Source of the DNA: Pseudovirgaria hyperparasitica
Taxonomy: Eukaryota
Assembly (NCBI GenBank): GCA_010093815.1
Contig: ML996567.1
DNA: 64,000 nt
Strand: one strand, 5' to 3'
A model generated the notes under the pieces. It was not told the DNA's origin, searched no databases, and saw only the letters and a list, made by a program, of their open reading frames with translations. Positions within the stretch are counted from its first letter, which is position 1, and each line of letters starts with the position of its first letter. Below are positions 24,961 to 36,601 of the stretch, in pieces. The position numbers and the translations under genes were made by a program.

Positions 24961-25799
24961 ATCTGCATAGTCTTACGCATTAGAAATTCGCACCTTTGGA
25001 CTTCTTCAGAACAAGGCATTGGTCGATGGTATTCTTAAGATATCGCAATGTCCCGAATGCGATCTGTGCATGTTGCTCTGACGGGTTGGCATTGAAAGTG
25101 GCGCACATTCCGACTGTAAAAGCAAGATCTGGACGGGTACCAGTAACAAGATAGTTAAGTGTAGCCAAATCGACATGTGAAGCCGAGTATATGGCTTGCT
25201 CAAAAGCAACAAGTCATTTACAATGGGCTCTGTTAGGCATCAAGGAAATCTTTACACTTGCAAGTTGCGACATTCCGATTCCCTTCCTTCTTATGGACAA
25301 TCAAGCAGCCCTAGCACTTATTCGAAATTAGTAGATCACAGTTCGGTCCAAGCATATAGCTATACATTACTACGCCGTCCGTGAACTGTTTACGAATAGA
25401 GTCATAGCCATTTAACATGTCGTAAGTTGCGACAACATTGCAGACATAGGAACTAAAGGATTACCTTTACCGCTATTAGATAAGTTAAAAAAGGCGATCG
25501 ATTTATGCTAGTACTCGCTCACACTCTTACTTTTATCTTTATTATCTTCTATCTTTTATTACTACTCATTTAAACTCTCCTTTATTGAATATTACTAAAT
25601 GTATATATACACTTAGCATTGGGGAGTATTATAGGAAAGTCCTATGGCTAGTGAACACAACTTTCTAAAAGGGATTAGTGTCTTCACAGATAAATAGCTT
25701 TCTTCTGAGTCTCTTAAACTTAGTTCTCTACACACTTACAATACAATTGAATGCCTCATCAAATACATCAACTCTCTTCTTCCAATAGGTTATGAGCCC
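24961..25799. mobile_element. Degenerate, rearranged Ty1/copia LTR-retrotransposon remnant
   Basis: Minus 24980-25168: RT C-terminus LNYLVTGTRPDLAFTVG...PSEQH...LRYLKNT. Plus 25158-25511: RNase H SVAKSTCEAEYMA...DNQAALAL...RSKHIAIHYYAVRE...DNIADIGTKGL with in-frame TAG/TAA stops. PPT GGGGAG at 25621-25626, then an LTR, then PBS GGTTATGAGCCC at 25788-25799. Confidence 0.9.
25627..25787 (+). repeat. Putative 161-bp copia LTR
   Basis: Lies directly between the PPT and the PBS. Termini TATTA...CAATA equal canonical TGTTG...CAACA after G>A / C>T transitions. Confidence 0.75.
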
Positions 25800-27571
25800 C
25801 AACGCTCTACCCTAGAGTTGTAGAACTGTAGCGCACATTGGACGTAGGTATACTATGATAAAACTTGGAGTATAATAAATGAGTCAAGCTATGACCTTCA
25901 TTCCACGTCTATCGAGGTCAAAGAACCTCAGTTCTGTCTGCTGTGAGGACTCAGAATATCACGTCCTGGTAGCATACTGGCTGGTTGATACGCAATGCAC
26001 ACATGTATATAGCACTGGACATTGGGGAAATTCATGGATATGCTAAGATTGCCAGGTCGATAATCAGCTGTGTATCGTGGGAAATGGCAGTTTTGCATGT
26101 TTCACAGAGGCTGGTCTATACTGTGTGTGTGTTTTACTACTACGCAGGTCTTTTGGAACAACACTCCATGTTCACGATGGAAGTGTCCAGACCAACACTA
26201 CTCGTCACTGTCTTCTATGAGGTTAAGTAATATCATGATGAAGGGAACAGTGATAACACACAATGACCATCGGCAGAGCGTAGACCGCAAGCGTGACCGT
26301 AACCGTGACCGCGAACCGTGACGGTGGTAAGACACCGGAGCCGGGAAAAACGAACGAGTGGGAGGCAGAGGAAGGAAGGAGTCGGGTAAGCTAGTCCCGG
26401 CGAGCGAGAACGACAGGCTAGCGAGTCATGCAGCACCCCCTCGTCCTCCCATAATAATCCTTGTTTCAGCGCATCGGAGTTTGATCCTTTCGGAGAACGA
26501 AGGATGGTGGTGGTGCTGCAGCGTCTGTGGGTTGTGTGCGGATGCGATGCGATAACGGCGACTACTACTACTAATTACATATTACGAAGGCCATGATTCG
26601 CGCGTATTTTAAACGGTAAGCAGCAGGTAGAGGCGATGATGATGGGAGGGAGACGGGAAAGTGATTTATATAGACAAAGAGAGGAGTGAGCGAGAGACAA
26701 GGAGAAGAAGGAGAAAGAAGATGCGAGCGGTTGAAGACCTTGCGTGAGTGGCACAGGGGAGGACCTGGAGAGAGTTCACATGCGGCGCAGGGCAGAATGA
26801 TGCTGATGCTGCTGCTGATGCTGGTGTTGGTGCTGGTGCTGGAGTGCGCCGGGTAAAGAAAGGCTGGAGCGGCGGCATGGGCGGCATAGCCTTGACGTGT
26901 ATGTACGTGTATGTGTGTATGGACGGACGGATGGGTGGATGTATCTACTGTATGTATGGTATCTACAGTCATGAATGTTTGTTTTCTGCTGCTGTTCACT
27001 CCAGCTTTTCCTATCCTCACACTCACACTTACACCCAGAGTGTCAACCGCGGTAGAAGCCGTGTTCCGGCACCAGAAAGGGCGAGATTGGGGAGGGCAGA
27101 AAAGACTAGCGCCGGGCTGCGCTATGGAGATGCCCCAAGCCCGCATCTCTGCCCCCGTTCATACTCACTCTGCCCACTCTCTCTCGCTCTGCCACCGAGT
27201 GGACAGTTATTAGTTAGGTTAATAGTTAGTCAGTGTGGTCTGTCGGGTAAGAGTAGGTCGGTAGGTAATTCGTGATCAAATTCGTTCTCGTCACCAGCAC
27301 CACCGCCGCCGACCGAACCGAAGCCTGGCCCCCGGTGTCTGCCGTCTAGATCGAATTGTCGCGGGAAGCTTGGGGCACAGCGCGATTGGCACATACCGTC
27401 GAGGGGACATGGCGACGAGGGACAAGAAAAACTGCCAGACGCTGCCAAACTGCCCTGGTTGGCGAATGGCGAATGAATCGTTGGCTGATCCGCCGCCGTG
27501 TGTGGTGTGGGAGGGAGAGAGAGAATCCGCAGTCGGATTCCCCTTCGTCTCCGCCGCCCACCCGCCCGCCA

Positions 27572-27573
<2 letters not shown>

Positions 27574-27602
<29 letters not shown>

Positions 27603-27628
27603 TCTCCCCTTCGTCCTGCGTCTGCTAC

Positions 27629-27661
<33 letters not shown>

Positions 27662-27760
27662 CTTCCATTCTCACTCTCACTCACTCAACCACTCACTCTC
27701 TCTAACACATATACACACATATACACACATATACACATACACACACACACTCTCTCTCTC
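27574..27760. repeat. Compound microsatellite (CTG)9, (TC)n, CA/TA-rich tract upstream of the Zn2Cys6 gene
   Basis: Directly visible. Confidence 0.9.
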
Positions 27761-27857
27761 CCCTCTCTTTTCCACTCAATTAATCGTTCTCCATTCCCCC
27801 ATCATAATCATCGTTGTCATCACCTTCTAGAGTCTCGTCACGTTGCGAGCACCAGCC

Positions 27858-30428
27858 ATGTCCGACTCTGCTTGGAGACCAGTCAACATGACTGGCGAAT
27901 CTCCCTTGCCGCAACCACCGTCGACGGCAATGACAAGCACCACCGAGTCTTCGATTCAGACACACTCTTCTCATCAGGCATCGCCCGTGTCCAATTCCTA
28001 CCTCAAGCGGAGTCTGCCTGACGAGTCCGCGCTCGATGCCGAGAACAGGCGCAAGACGCCCAAGGTCAGTCGGGCTTGCGATCTCTGCAAGGCAAAGAAA
28101 GTGCGCTGCTCCGGTACTCTTCCCTGCGACATCTGCGAGCGAAAAAACCTCTCGTGTGTCTACAATGCGAGATATGCGCGAGGCAAGCCGAGGACTCCTC
28201 CCGCCGCTGCCGACGACAACGGCTCCAACCCGCCGCGTCTGCTTGAAGCTGCTCACACTTCAGCCTCCAGGTCAGTGACTTTTGTTATCTTTTCCATCTC
28301 TAATTCATCACTATCTCGTCTATCAACGCGCTCTCGATTAGTGTTTATTTTATTTTTTTCATCATTCTTTTCTGTCACGCGTTTCCACGCTGCTCCGAGG
28401 GCCGTGGGCTACCTCGGAACGCGCTAGGCCCGTTCAAGAAGAGTGCGCCATCGCATCCGGTCCATGCAGGTGCCGTTCGCGCACTGTATTAGTGTATTTA
28501 TTCGCGATGCTTGTTTGGTCCACATCCTCATCGCTTGGCTTGTCTCGGCACATTTCATCTAGAGAATTCGTCCTGGCGTGCACTACCACCATATTACCGC
28601 GTAAAACATCATTACCTCCCTACTGACACTCGTCTTAGATATGAAAGTAATGGCTTCTCTCCAGCACTTCCAGAACGCAGCGTCTCTCACCTCTCGCCAG
28701 AACAAGAGGTGGTCGAGAAAGATGCATCACAGTCCCCCTCTTACAAGACGCTCTTCATCTACAGAATCTGGAAGCGCCTTGCTGACCGAGTTACTGAGGA
28801 TGCCCATGAGTCTGGTCACAGCGTCCAGTCCCAAGTCGTCATGACTGCCGGTGACAGACCCTTTGACGGCCCAAGACCAGACAGATCTAGTCTGCCCGCT
28901 CCAGACAGAACCTTCCACGCAGAACTACTCGAGTACTATTTCGACTTCTGTGTCGTTACCTACCGAATCTTTCACCGTCCCACCGTAGAGGATTGGCTCG
29001 AGACTGCCTTTGCAGAGTACGACCGTCACCGTAATGGCTGGGTAGAGTCGATCGGCCCTGTCAAGTCTGCAGTCATCTTCGCCATGTTTGCCATTGCCTC
29101 TCTCCGAAAGCAGAAGATTGCAAGCCTGTCACCGCGCGAGGAAGGCAAACCGTCGCCGCGCAGTGACTATTTTTTCAACGCAGCTGCATGGATGACCGAC
29201 TCGGAAATGGGCTTCCCAACGCTGGAATCTGTACAAGCTCGGTTGCTTCAAGTTCTTTATCTCCTGCAGTCGTTGCGCATGAATGAAGCACGTTATCTGT
29301 TTGGAATGGTAGTGCAGATGCAGTCAGCTTTGGGTTATCATCGGAAGGAGAGAGAATACCGGCGCTTGGCGTTTGGCCTACCAGAAGACTACATCAACAC
29401 AGAAGTCATGAAGCGTACATTCTGGGTGGCATATACCATGGACCGATATCTTGCAGTCGTGTATGGCCGTCCTCGTCACTTTCCTGACGAAGAACTCAGT
29501 GCTGTGAGACCCGATGCCGCCAACGACGAGGAAATGACTGCGGCCGGCAACACAGGCCAGGACAACCAGGAAGACTCACACATTGAGTCGTTGAGAGCCC
29601 ACGCTGAGTATGTGATCCCGATCTGATTATAACTCTTATTCATACTGACTGATGCGTCTAGAATGGCACACTTTGTTGGACTGATTACAAAGGATGTTTA
29701 CGCAGCTAAGACGGTCGCCACAAGCGATCGCTGTAAACACGCTCGACGCTACTCGACCGCGATGCATGCTTGGCAGGATAACCTCCCGCCTCATCTTGGC
29801 AGCGTCAGGCCGTCATTTCTGATTCCAAGTTTCAAGCGCCAGTCCATCGCTCTAAAGCTTGCATTTGGCCACGCGCTCGTGTATGCAAACAGACCATTCC
29901 TCCTGTCGAAGCCAGCATACGCCGACCACGGCGACATCCAGAGGTGTGTTGATGACTGTTTGGCCGGCGCACGTCAAGTGCTCGATCTCTTCGAACTCAT
30001 GACCAAGGACCAGACTCTGATCCATGCCTACTGGTGGACCAGCTACGTCGTCTTCTCCGCTCTATGTGTGGTCTACGTGTGGGAGATTTCGCTGAGAACG
30101 CACCCGGACCGAGGTGTTACATGCGTCAAACTCAAGGGACAGCGTGATCTGTTTGACCTCGCGGAGACTGGGTTTACCCGTCTCTCCAGCGCTCCCGGTG
30201 CCGCAACGCCGATACAGCGATACAAGATCATATTGGAGGAGCTTAGGATGGAAGCCAGACAGCCCCGGGACGCGGCTCAGCCAGCAGGGTCGAATCTCTT
30301 TAGTGGCTGGCAGACGAACGACTGGGTGGAATTGGATGCCTCTGTGAGTTCTGCTTCGCGTGTGACGATGCGCAATTTTACTGACGGTCTACCAGGTGTT
30401 TGACAGCTTCTCCGACATTGTCAGGTGA
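27858..30428 (+). CDS. Zn(II)2Cys6 transcription factor with fungal-specific TF (middle homology) domain
   Basis: Exons 27858-28270, 28639-29607, 29662-30343, 30396-30428. RACDLCKAKKVRCSGTLPCDICERKNLSCVY; LESVQARLLQVLYLL...ALGYHR...KRTFWVAYTMDRYLAVVYGRP. Confidence 0.92.
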
Positions 30429-30806
30429 TGACGCTAATCGCCATTGACACGAAAGCTACGCGCATACGACGGTCTATCTGTTCTGTACAGTACACTCCCA
30501 CTGTTCGCTACAACGATTCAACCAAAAAGAAACCTTTCTTCTTCTTTCGAAGTATACATGTCTAAACAACAAACGCAATCCATGGCTTTCTATCTTCTTA
30601 CATTACACCGGGGCGGTGCGAATGGTGTTCTTGGGGGCGCGTTGGGTTTGGGCGGGGAGCTGGAGCCGGGGCCCAGAGATACCTGTTGAATATGCCTGGC
30701 TGGCTGGCTGGGGCGGACGGGTGGCACGCATGCACACGACGGAAGGAAAACTGAAAAACGTCTATTGAAGTTTGTGACTTTGAACGGGCAGCGGTGTATA
30801 AAAATG

Positions 30807-30807
<1 letters not shown>

Positions 30808-30841
<34 letters not shown>
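30808..30841. repeat. (AGT)11 microsatellite
   Basis: Directly visible. Confidence 0.95.
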
Positions 30842-31131
30842 CAAGTAGTAACTAGTTGTTAGTCTGTAATTAATACAACACATATACGTGTGTACTATAT
30901 CCTTTGAACCTTCATCGCGTGTGCATGCATACGTGCATGTTATCCTATCCTGTACTGTTTATCCAATCCAAGCTATGCCATGCTATGCTATGCCATGCAT
31001 ACATCCTTAGTACAGTATATCAATCGGCACGATGTGGCACCACCTAGTCTAGCCTAGGTAGTACCGAGTACTTGTCGGGTGTGTATGACGCAAGACTGCT
31101 GCAGTGCGCATTTTTTTTTAGCTGTTTCTAA

Positions 31132-31226
31132 ATATATACACTACGCACATATATACACTACGCACATATATACACTACGCACATATATACACTACGCACA
31201 TATATACACTACGCACATATATACAC
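31132..31226. repeat. Perfect 17-bp minisatellite ATATATACACTACGCAC, 5 copies plus a 10-bp partial
   Basis: Identical tandem units with no spacers. Confidence 0.95.
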
Positions 31227-32218
31227 GCGCATGTTTATACAGAGACAGACGTACGTGATGGACACAGATACTGAGGTAATTATAGGTATAGATACCTATA
31301 GGTAGGCACATGCCACACGTACATCAGAGCAAAATGCCCCGCTACATATACACTGAGTAATTACTCTGGCTGTACCGAACCTACCTACCTACCTCTAGCT
31401 AATTAGCATAGCCTAGCCCGAGGTTAATTAGCCTACCTACCCTACCCAACTCCGTAGCGTGCATCCCACTCTATCATCCCACTCTATCCCACTCTTATCC
31501 CACTCCGTCACGTCCACTTCCACTCCGCCATCTATGCAGCTAGCTAGCTAGGTCTAGTCGAAATAAGCTTTTTTTTTGGGGGAGGGGGGAGGACAGGAGG
31601 CGAGGCGAGGCGAGGGCTGGGTTGATTAATTAATTGGGTAGCGAGGCGAGGCGAGGATGGCGATTTATGGGTATGGGTGGTATGTGATTGATGACTGCGT
31701 GGTTAATATAGATAGGGAGATGGTATGGACATGTCATATACCTGGATGTTTGGATGGTTGTTTAGATGGATTGGTGGGTAGGTAGATAAGAGATGGCAGG
31801 ACGGAAGATGGGGGTTATGAGGGAGATGATGAGTTGAGCTGGATGTGTGGATATGATTATAGCGTGCGCCTTGGATGGATGGATGGATATATACAACATA
31901 TAACGGTGCAACAGCACAGGATCAGGGATGCCAGACAGTCAGTTTGGCATTGCATGTCATGTTTGCATGCTGCATGTTTGCAGAGCAGAAAACAAGGCCA
32001 TATATAGAACAACGGGCGCGTACCTACATGCCCTGCCCTTGTCTCCAGCTGTCAGGCCCAACAAGGGAAGGGATGAGATGGGATGGATAGACGGGAACAG
32101 TCCGGTAGGTAGCTTAGTACGTCACCGACACCGAACAAGCGCAAACGAGAACGAAAAGAACAGGTGGTCAAGACGTCGTACACCCGTAAGGGAGCTACGC
32201 GGCATTCCCCAAGGGTGG

Positions 32219-32271
32219 CAGTGCAGTGCAGTACAGTACAGTGCAGTGCAGTACAGTGCAGTGCAGTGCAG
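32219..32271. repeat. (CAGTR)n pentanucleotide repeat
   Basis: CAGTG/CAGTA units in tandem. Confidence 0.85.
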
Positions 32272-34369
32272 CGGAGGGAAGTGCACGGAAAGGCACAAAC
32301 AAAAAAGAAAAGGTAAGACAGACCAGGCCAGACCCCGGAAAAACAGTAACAGTTGGACAATCCGGACTCCTACAGCATCCAGCATACAGCATCCAGCATC
32401 CAGCACAGCCAACAAACGCATTGAGGCTGGAGCCGGATGGAATGAAATAGCCGCATCGACAGCCAATCAGGCACTTGTCGCGAAAACGTCTGAAACGCGA
32501 ACGATTCTGAGAATGACACGTGAAAGACGCGGGGTGGTGGGGATGATCTTAGTGGGTGGTTAGTGTTGTTGGCTCTACGAGAATTATAGTAGTGAGTCAT
32601 TCCTGTAGGCAGCAGCATTCCAAGTCAATACTCTGCATGTCGCCTTCACTGGTACCACCACCACCAGTAAGCAGCATTTCTGTAAACGTGTCCTGTATGT
32701 ACTGCACGCACACTACTATAATGTCGCAAGTGCAGAGAGTGTAAAATAGAGTTCCCAAGCCAAAAACAGAGTTGATCGTGTCGTGAGACAGAGCACGGAA
32801 ACCATTTTGGGGGGGGGGGGGTGGGTGTGCGTGCGATAAGAAGAAGGAAAATTCGAATCGCAGGTTTAACCATGGGCGGGCCTGCTTAAGCGGATGCTAG
32901 GCGGCTGGGTCCACGAACTGTGGTGAGACAAATGGGCGAATGGGAGGACAGCAAAGGGATAACCGATAATTTCCCGGCCGCTGGGCCTCGATTCGCGCGG
33001 CCCAAAACCACCCAACGCGCGTCATCTCGCGGTCAGTCCGGACCTATTGTGCGCTGGTTTGCTGGTGAATGCGCTGGTATGTACGATGCGCCGGACGAGG
33101 ACGAGGACAATAGGGAAATGGATGATGGAGTCGTGAATGGGAGGCATTCCAAAGGGTCCATATACACCACATGCATACTGTGAATAGGAAAACACTGCCG
33201 GTGGACGTGAAGGTGGATGTTTGCGGCGCAGAAAGGGAGACATGCTGGCTGTGATGGCAAGTGCAAAGTGTTGTGATCATTGGGAAAGCAAAGGAAGGCG
33301 CATCGCGACTATCTGCAAGCGTTCCAGAAGGAGCAGGGGGGATGGATGTGTGGCGGACCTATCAAGTGGCGCACTAGCGACTGACCGGAGCAGTGATCCA
33401 TGGCACATCCCTGCCGCATCCCTGCCGGATCCCTGTCTGCGCTTGGGCCACTTCTCCTTTCCTTCCCTCTTGGCGCAATGTCTCTGTGGGCAGCCCGTCA
33501 GCATAAATAGCGCTGGCCCGCCCCTTCTCTTTCGCACATTTTTTGCGCCCTCCTACCGGTTTGTTGACGCCCTCGCCTATCTTCCCCTCTAAGCTGCGTA
33601 ACATCCCTTCTCAAATCCCAAAACCAGAACTCTCCCACTCTCATCCAACGACTTCTTTGCGCGCACTTTTTCAAAAAAGTCGTCCAAAGCTTCGTGCGCA
33701 ACCTTGCTACGGTAACTTTCGAGTGTGATCAAGAAAAAGTCTCACTCAGACACCTCTCTTCAGAGTATCAGGATCTAGCTATCCACATTCGGTTAGACTA
33801 GTGCCGTTTCGCGCACTGCAGCCTTGCCAAGTCCTTTCCGCTCGTCTTCGCTCACTCGCATCCTCAACCTCAACCTTCAAAACTCAACCTCAAATCAAAT
33901 TCATCTTCGTAATCTTTCCATCTCGCTCTGCTCTCAAAGGTCGAGCTGGTCCTGTCCTTTGTACATCGCTCTCATCTTCATCCTATCGTCGAAGACTCTT
34001 GACGGCGCTCTGTGAGGGAGACATTCGCTTGTTCATCTCCCACTAACGGTACGGTTTTTTCCTACGACTCCGTCAAATCATCTCCTGTGGTACGACTGCA
34101 AGTCGTCCAAAGGCTCATCTCGTCCTCGCACAGTCCCTATTCTCACTGCGAGCTCGAGCCTTCGATAGCCGTCGCAACAATAGCCCAGAGTTTCTATTCA
34201 CCCCGCAGACTCTAATCCTTCACCAGACGTCAAGCTTGGACCATTCAGCAGCATACCTGCCACTTTACCAGCCTCTCCATTTTACATAAGAGATCTCTCT
34301 CACTACCAACCCTCCATCTCCTCTAAACTCCACACTCGGCCCTCACCGAACCTTCAAAAAGTGCCCAAA

Positions 34370-35283
34370 ATGGACACTCTCACCACCCATCCCGCAACCG
34401 CGCAGCAAGCAAAGGCCTTTACGTCGCCTGCCTCGCTCTCTTTCCCAGGTGGCGCTGGTGATTTGACTCCGCCATCGTCGGAGAAGGATGCATCGCAGCA
34501 ACAGAGCAACGGTGTGAACGGCGTGACGCCTGCAACTCCGGCCGCCACTCCTGCCGCTGGCCAGGGCGTGAGCGGCATCGTACCGACCTTACAGTGAGTA
34601 CTTATCTGACCCTGCACTCTCCTTGACCAAGAGGTTTAACGCCCTGTCAAGAAACATCGTTGCCACCGTCAATCTCGATTGTCGCCTGGACTTGAAGACG
34701 ATTGCATTGCATGCTCGCAATGCAGAGTACAATCCAAAGGTACTGACACCAACCAGCTCACGCTTGGTTTCTGTTTGCTGAACATGCTTTCTAGCGTTTC
34801 GCCGCTGTCATTATGCGTATTCGCGACCCCAAAACCACCGCACTGATCTTCGCCTCTGGCAAGATGGTCGTCACTGGTGCAAAGTCCGAAGACGATTCGA
34901 AGCTGGCGTCACGCAAGTACGCGCGCATTATTCAGAAGCTGGGCTTCAATGCAAAGTTCACCGATTTCAAGATCCAGAACATTGTAGGTTCAACGGACAT
35001 CAAGTTCCCCATTCGTCTTGAAGGTTTGGCCAGTCGCCATCACAACTTCAGCTCTTACGAGCCCGAGTTGTTCCCTGGTCTCATCTATCGCATGATGAAG
35101 CCGAAGATTGTGCTCCTCATCTTTGTCTCTGGCAAGATCGTCCTCACTGGTGCCAAAGTTCGCGAGGAAATCTACCACGCCTTTGAGCTGATCTACCCTG
35201 TGCTATCAGGTCAGTTGTCCATCAATGTCACCCCACTTGAGCTTTGTTGCTAATGGCTACCACCAGACTTCCGTAAATCTTGA
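34370..35283 (+). CDS. SPT15: TATA-box binding protein
   Basis: Exons 34370-34593, 34652-34739, 34795-35209, 35267-35283. [68 protein letters not shown]...[27 protein letters not shown]...DFRKS. Confidence 0.98.
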
Positions 35284-36601
35284 TTTTGTCAAGCTGGTCT
35301 CACAGCGCAGGTGATCAAGACACCCTGTAGCACCATCTCTTGAACTCTTGTATTAATATTTCTCAAGGGCGATGAAATCCGGTGTCGGTTTCTCGTTCGA
35401 TCCTACTCTCGCTTTCACGTTGGACACTTGCCACGTCTGTCCATGTCGATCGCGCGATAGCTTGTCATCTCTCTTACCTCTTCTCAATTTGCGGCATTGC
35501 ACGGCGTTGAAGGAGCTTCTTCATCGGAAGCCTTCTGTTCGGATACAAAATTCCTGGTTTTACGACTTTCACACATGCTAGATTGCTGCACGCACCCATC
35601 CTGTGGGATTGGTGAACGGTGCGCTGGTTGAGACACGACTTCTCCAACCGCTTTCTCATTCATCTTCAACCCATCTACCGTGCAACGGCTTACTCTGATT
35701 GTCAGCTCATCCTGCTTGGAGACTCGCAGTGGCGGGCTGCCTTGGTGGACGTCTGTGTGGGCAGGTGTGGTCGGGGGTTGCTTTGTTGTTGCTGCACTTG
35801 GCAGCGTTGTTGTTGCTTGCGCGTACAGATGTTGATATGCAGCGGCCGCTTGATGCTGCGACATCTGGTCTTTTATTAGTATTTGAAATCAATACGTAAC
35901 GGAAGCGTGACGTCGCTCAGTTGAAGGAGCTTCGTCTCGATAGTTCCTACGATAGGATAGTTAGTTAATACTACCTCGCTTCCGAAATTCATACTCAATG
36001 CTTGTGTCTGATGACGTCGGAATGTCTGCTTACCGGCTTTCTCTGTTGGGGTGATGCCTCTCTTGATCTTTTGATGTGTGCGATAACAGCCGTCAGCATA
36101 GAGACGAGGTCAGACCCTGCACTTGTCAAATTCACACTTTCTTCATGCAGGGCTCACGCCTCGCTCAATGCCATGGTGTGAAAGCACGTACAGATATCTC
36201 CGGGACTGAACTGAACTCAATAACTGAACTTAATATCGCCTCGAAATGTTATAATTTCCGCCCAAGCCTCTCAATTTCCCTCAATACGCTGTGAAACCAT
36301 TATTTCCATTCCCGGAAAAGACTTGTATCTCACAGGGCGTAATCCGTGAAGAGTGGAGACAGCGGGTGACTACTCTCCAGTAATACCGAGTCGGTACCTA
36401 GACCGCTAAACTTTTTCTCAAGGTCTGACCTATTCGGCGCGCCAACTGAGCCGTCGCACCAAATCAATCTTTTGGAGGTTGTTCTTACTTTTGACCTCAG
36501 GTGACCTTTTTCATCCGTCTTTTCCTTTTTCTTCGTTGCTGCATAGTCTGTCTGTCTCGTTTTCTCTTCCACTGCTTGGCTACATACACGTCGGGCGCAT
36601 A

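Noticed and set aside
26358..26555. WWWCCSVCGLC-ending ORF (and VVCCWC at about 42260)
   Set aside because: Only superficial similarity from TGG/TGC repeats; stops before the CxH and CxxC parts.
35619..35879. Cys-rich ORF (LLCCCCTWQRCCC) as a fourth microprotein
   Set aside because: Arises from TGT/TGC/GTT low-complexity sequence downstream of TBP; lacks the shared C/H spacing and an ATG start.
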